A DNA stretch of 64,000 nt from Amphiscolops sp. MND2022 (lineage: Eukaryota): positions 95,730,001-95,794,000 of the forward strand of contig OZ076409.1 of NCBI GenBank assembly GCA_964187785.1. The letters run 5' to 3'. The notes beneath the pieces are model-generated. The model saw only the letters and a list, made by a program, of their open reading frames with translations, ran no database searches and was not told where the DNA came from. Position 1 is the first letter of the stretch. Each line of letters begins with the position of its first letter. Position numbers and translations under genes: made by a program. Below are positions 62,790-64,000 of this stretch, one piece after another.

Positions 62790-64000
62790 CCATAATAGGT
62801 TATGAGCCCAGTAGGTTATGGGTGAGTTTGCAAGAACCAATTTTTTTCCAATTTTGTCGTCACCATTTCCTACTTCGATTTCTGGAAATATCGCTCTTTC
62901 CATTTCAGCCATTTCTACAACCCCACTCGAGAAAATTTCTTTGCCGGCCATTTTTTTGCGCCTATTCGCACGCCTAACGCCTCACACCCTAAAATTTTCA
63001 AATTTTCTGCTGTTCTAATTTTTTTAGTTACTTCGCGCCTGATTCGGGCTTTCCTCGTGAGTTGTGAGGGATGGACAAATCGCTGTCCCATCTGAAGTTC
63101 TTTGACAACGACGACGACTTCCCAGTCTGGAAGGAGCGTTTCGAGGGCTTTTGCTTTACGAAGAAGCCCAAGCTGTTCAAAGTGCTGACTAGAGACAGAA
63201 CGGGACAAACGAGGAGAAGTACGAACTCCGGGCCTACCTCGTGCAGTGTCTGGGGATCGCCGAAGCGTGCTGATGCTGACCAACGACTGCAAGGGAGATG
63301 GACATAAGGCGTGGGAGATGCTGCGCAACCACTTAAACAGCACGGAGACGCCCCGCCTGATGAACTTGCTGGAGAAGTTCACCACTCTGCGTCAGGAGCA
63401 GTGTGAGGGGATGGTGGAGTACCTGACACGAGCAGAGTATGCGAGTAAGCAGATAGAGTTAGCCGGGGAGAAAGTCAGCGAAGATATGTTAACGCCGATT
63501 GTACTGAAGGGTTTACCGCAAGAGTAGGACTCTTGCATTTCAAAACTGTGCAGGAGTTATTGAAGGATAAGGCGACGTTCGCAGAGGTTGAGAAGGCGTT
63601 CAAAAATTCGAAAACTCCAGAAGGTGTTCTGCGGCATCGGTATCTAGTATAACTGAAAGTGCCGCATTGGTTTCCAAAGATGGCAAAAGCAAAACATTTG
63701 CTAAAAAGTTTTTGGGAAAATAAGGGCGTTGCAGCAAGATAGGACACAAACAAATCGACTGCAAAGTTAAGCAGTGCACTTTTTGCAAACTTTTTAATAA
63801 CGATGAAAACCGTTGTTTTCAAAGGTTTCCTCACCTGAAGCAAAAGGGAAACACCTCAACTGTGGCATTTTCTAATTTTTCCGAAGAATTTTCGTTTTCG
63901 TGCTTTGAAATCGGAGTTCAAAATGGAACTTTTGATTGGGGCGCTTCATCACATATGTTCAATGATTGGTGTTTTTCCCCAATTTTTCTGACAATGTTGA
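62790..64000 (+). mobile_element. Degenerate Ty1/Copia element, 5' part (PBS, gag, protease), running out of the window
   Basis: GGTTATGAGCCCAG resembles the copia internal tRNA-iMet PBS; UBN2-like gag (AWEMLR...EYLTRAE...IVLKGLP); FDWGASSHMFND protease motif at about 63930-63966. Confidence 0.85.

Overview
AT-rich, transposon-dense animal (invertebrate-type) nuclear DNA with spliceosomal introns; no prokaryotic features or CRISPR. Three host genes are supported. (1) The 3' two-thirds of a classical calpain (+ strand, 5154-33160; 5' exons with the catalytic Cys lie upstream of the window, and the EF-hand-1 exon is unresolved). (2) A complete 4-coding-exon equilibrative nucleoside transporter (SLC29/ENT, - strand, 39250-50562, 452 aa by my splicing). 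(3) An intronless PAM16/Magmas CDS (- strand, 52160-52540). Introns and spacers hold a near-intact L2/CR1-group LINE, a 1.2-kb gag-only LTR element, degenerate CRE-type, Gypsy and Copia retroelements, many hAT/Tc1/MULE-type MITEs, and about 20 Helentron-associated (HINE/DINE-like) elements carrying internal tandem repeats. The most interesting signals are: tRNA-like Pol III units embedded in a Gypsy LTR and in several unrelated rolling-circle element families; a 6-nt candidate microexon in calpain; two back-to-back loopless palindromes; and unusually degenerate 5' splice sites. All assignments were made by eye, without database searches.
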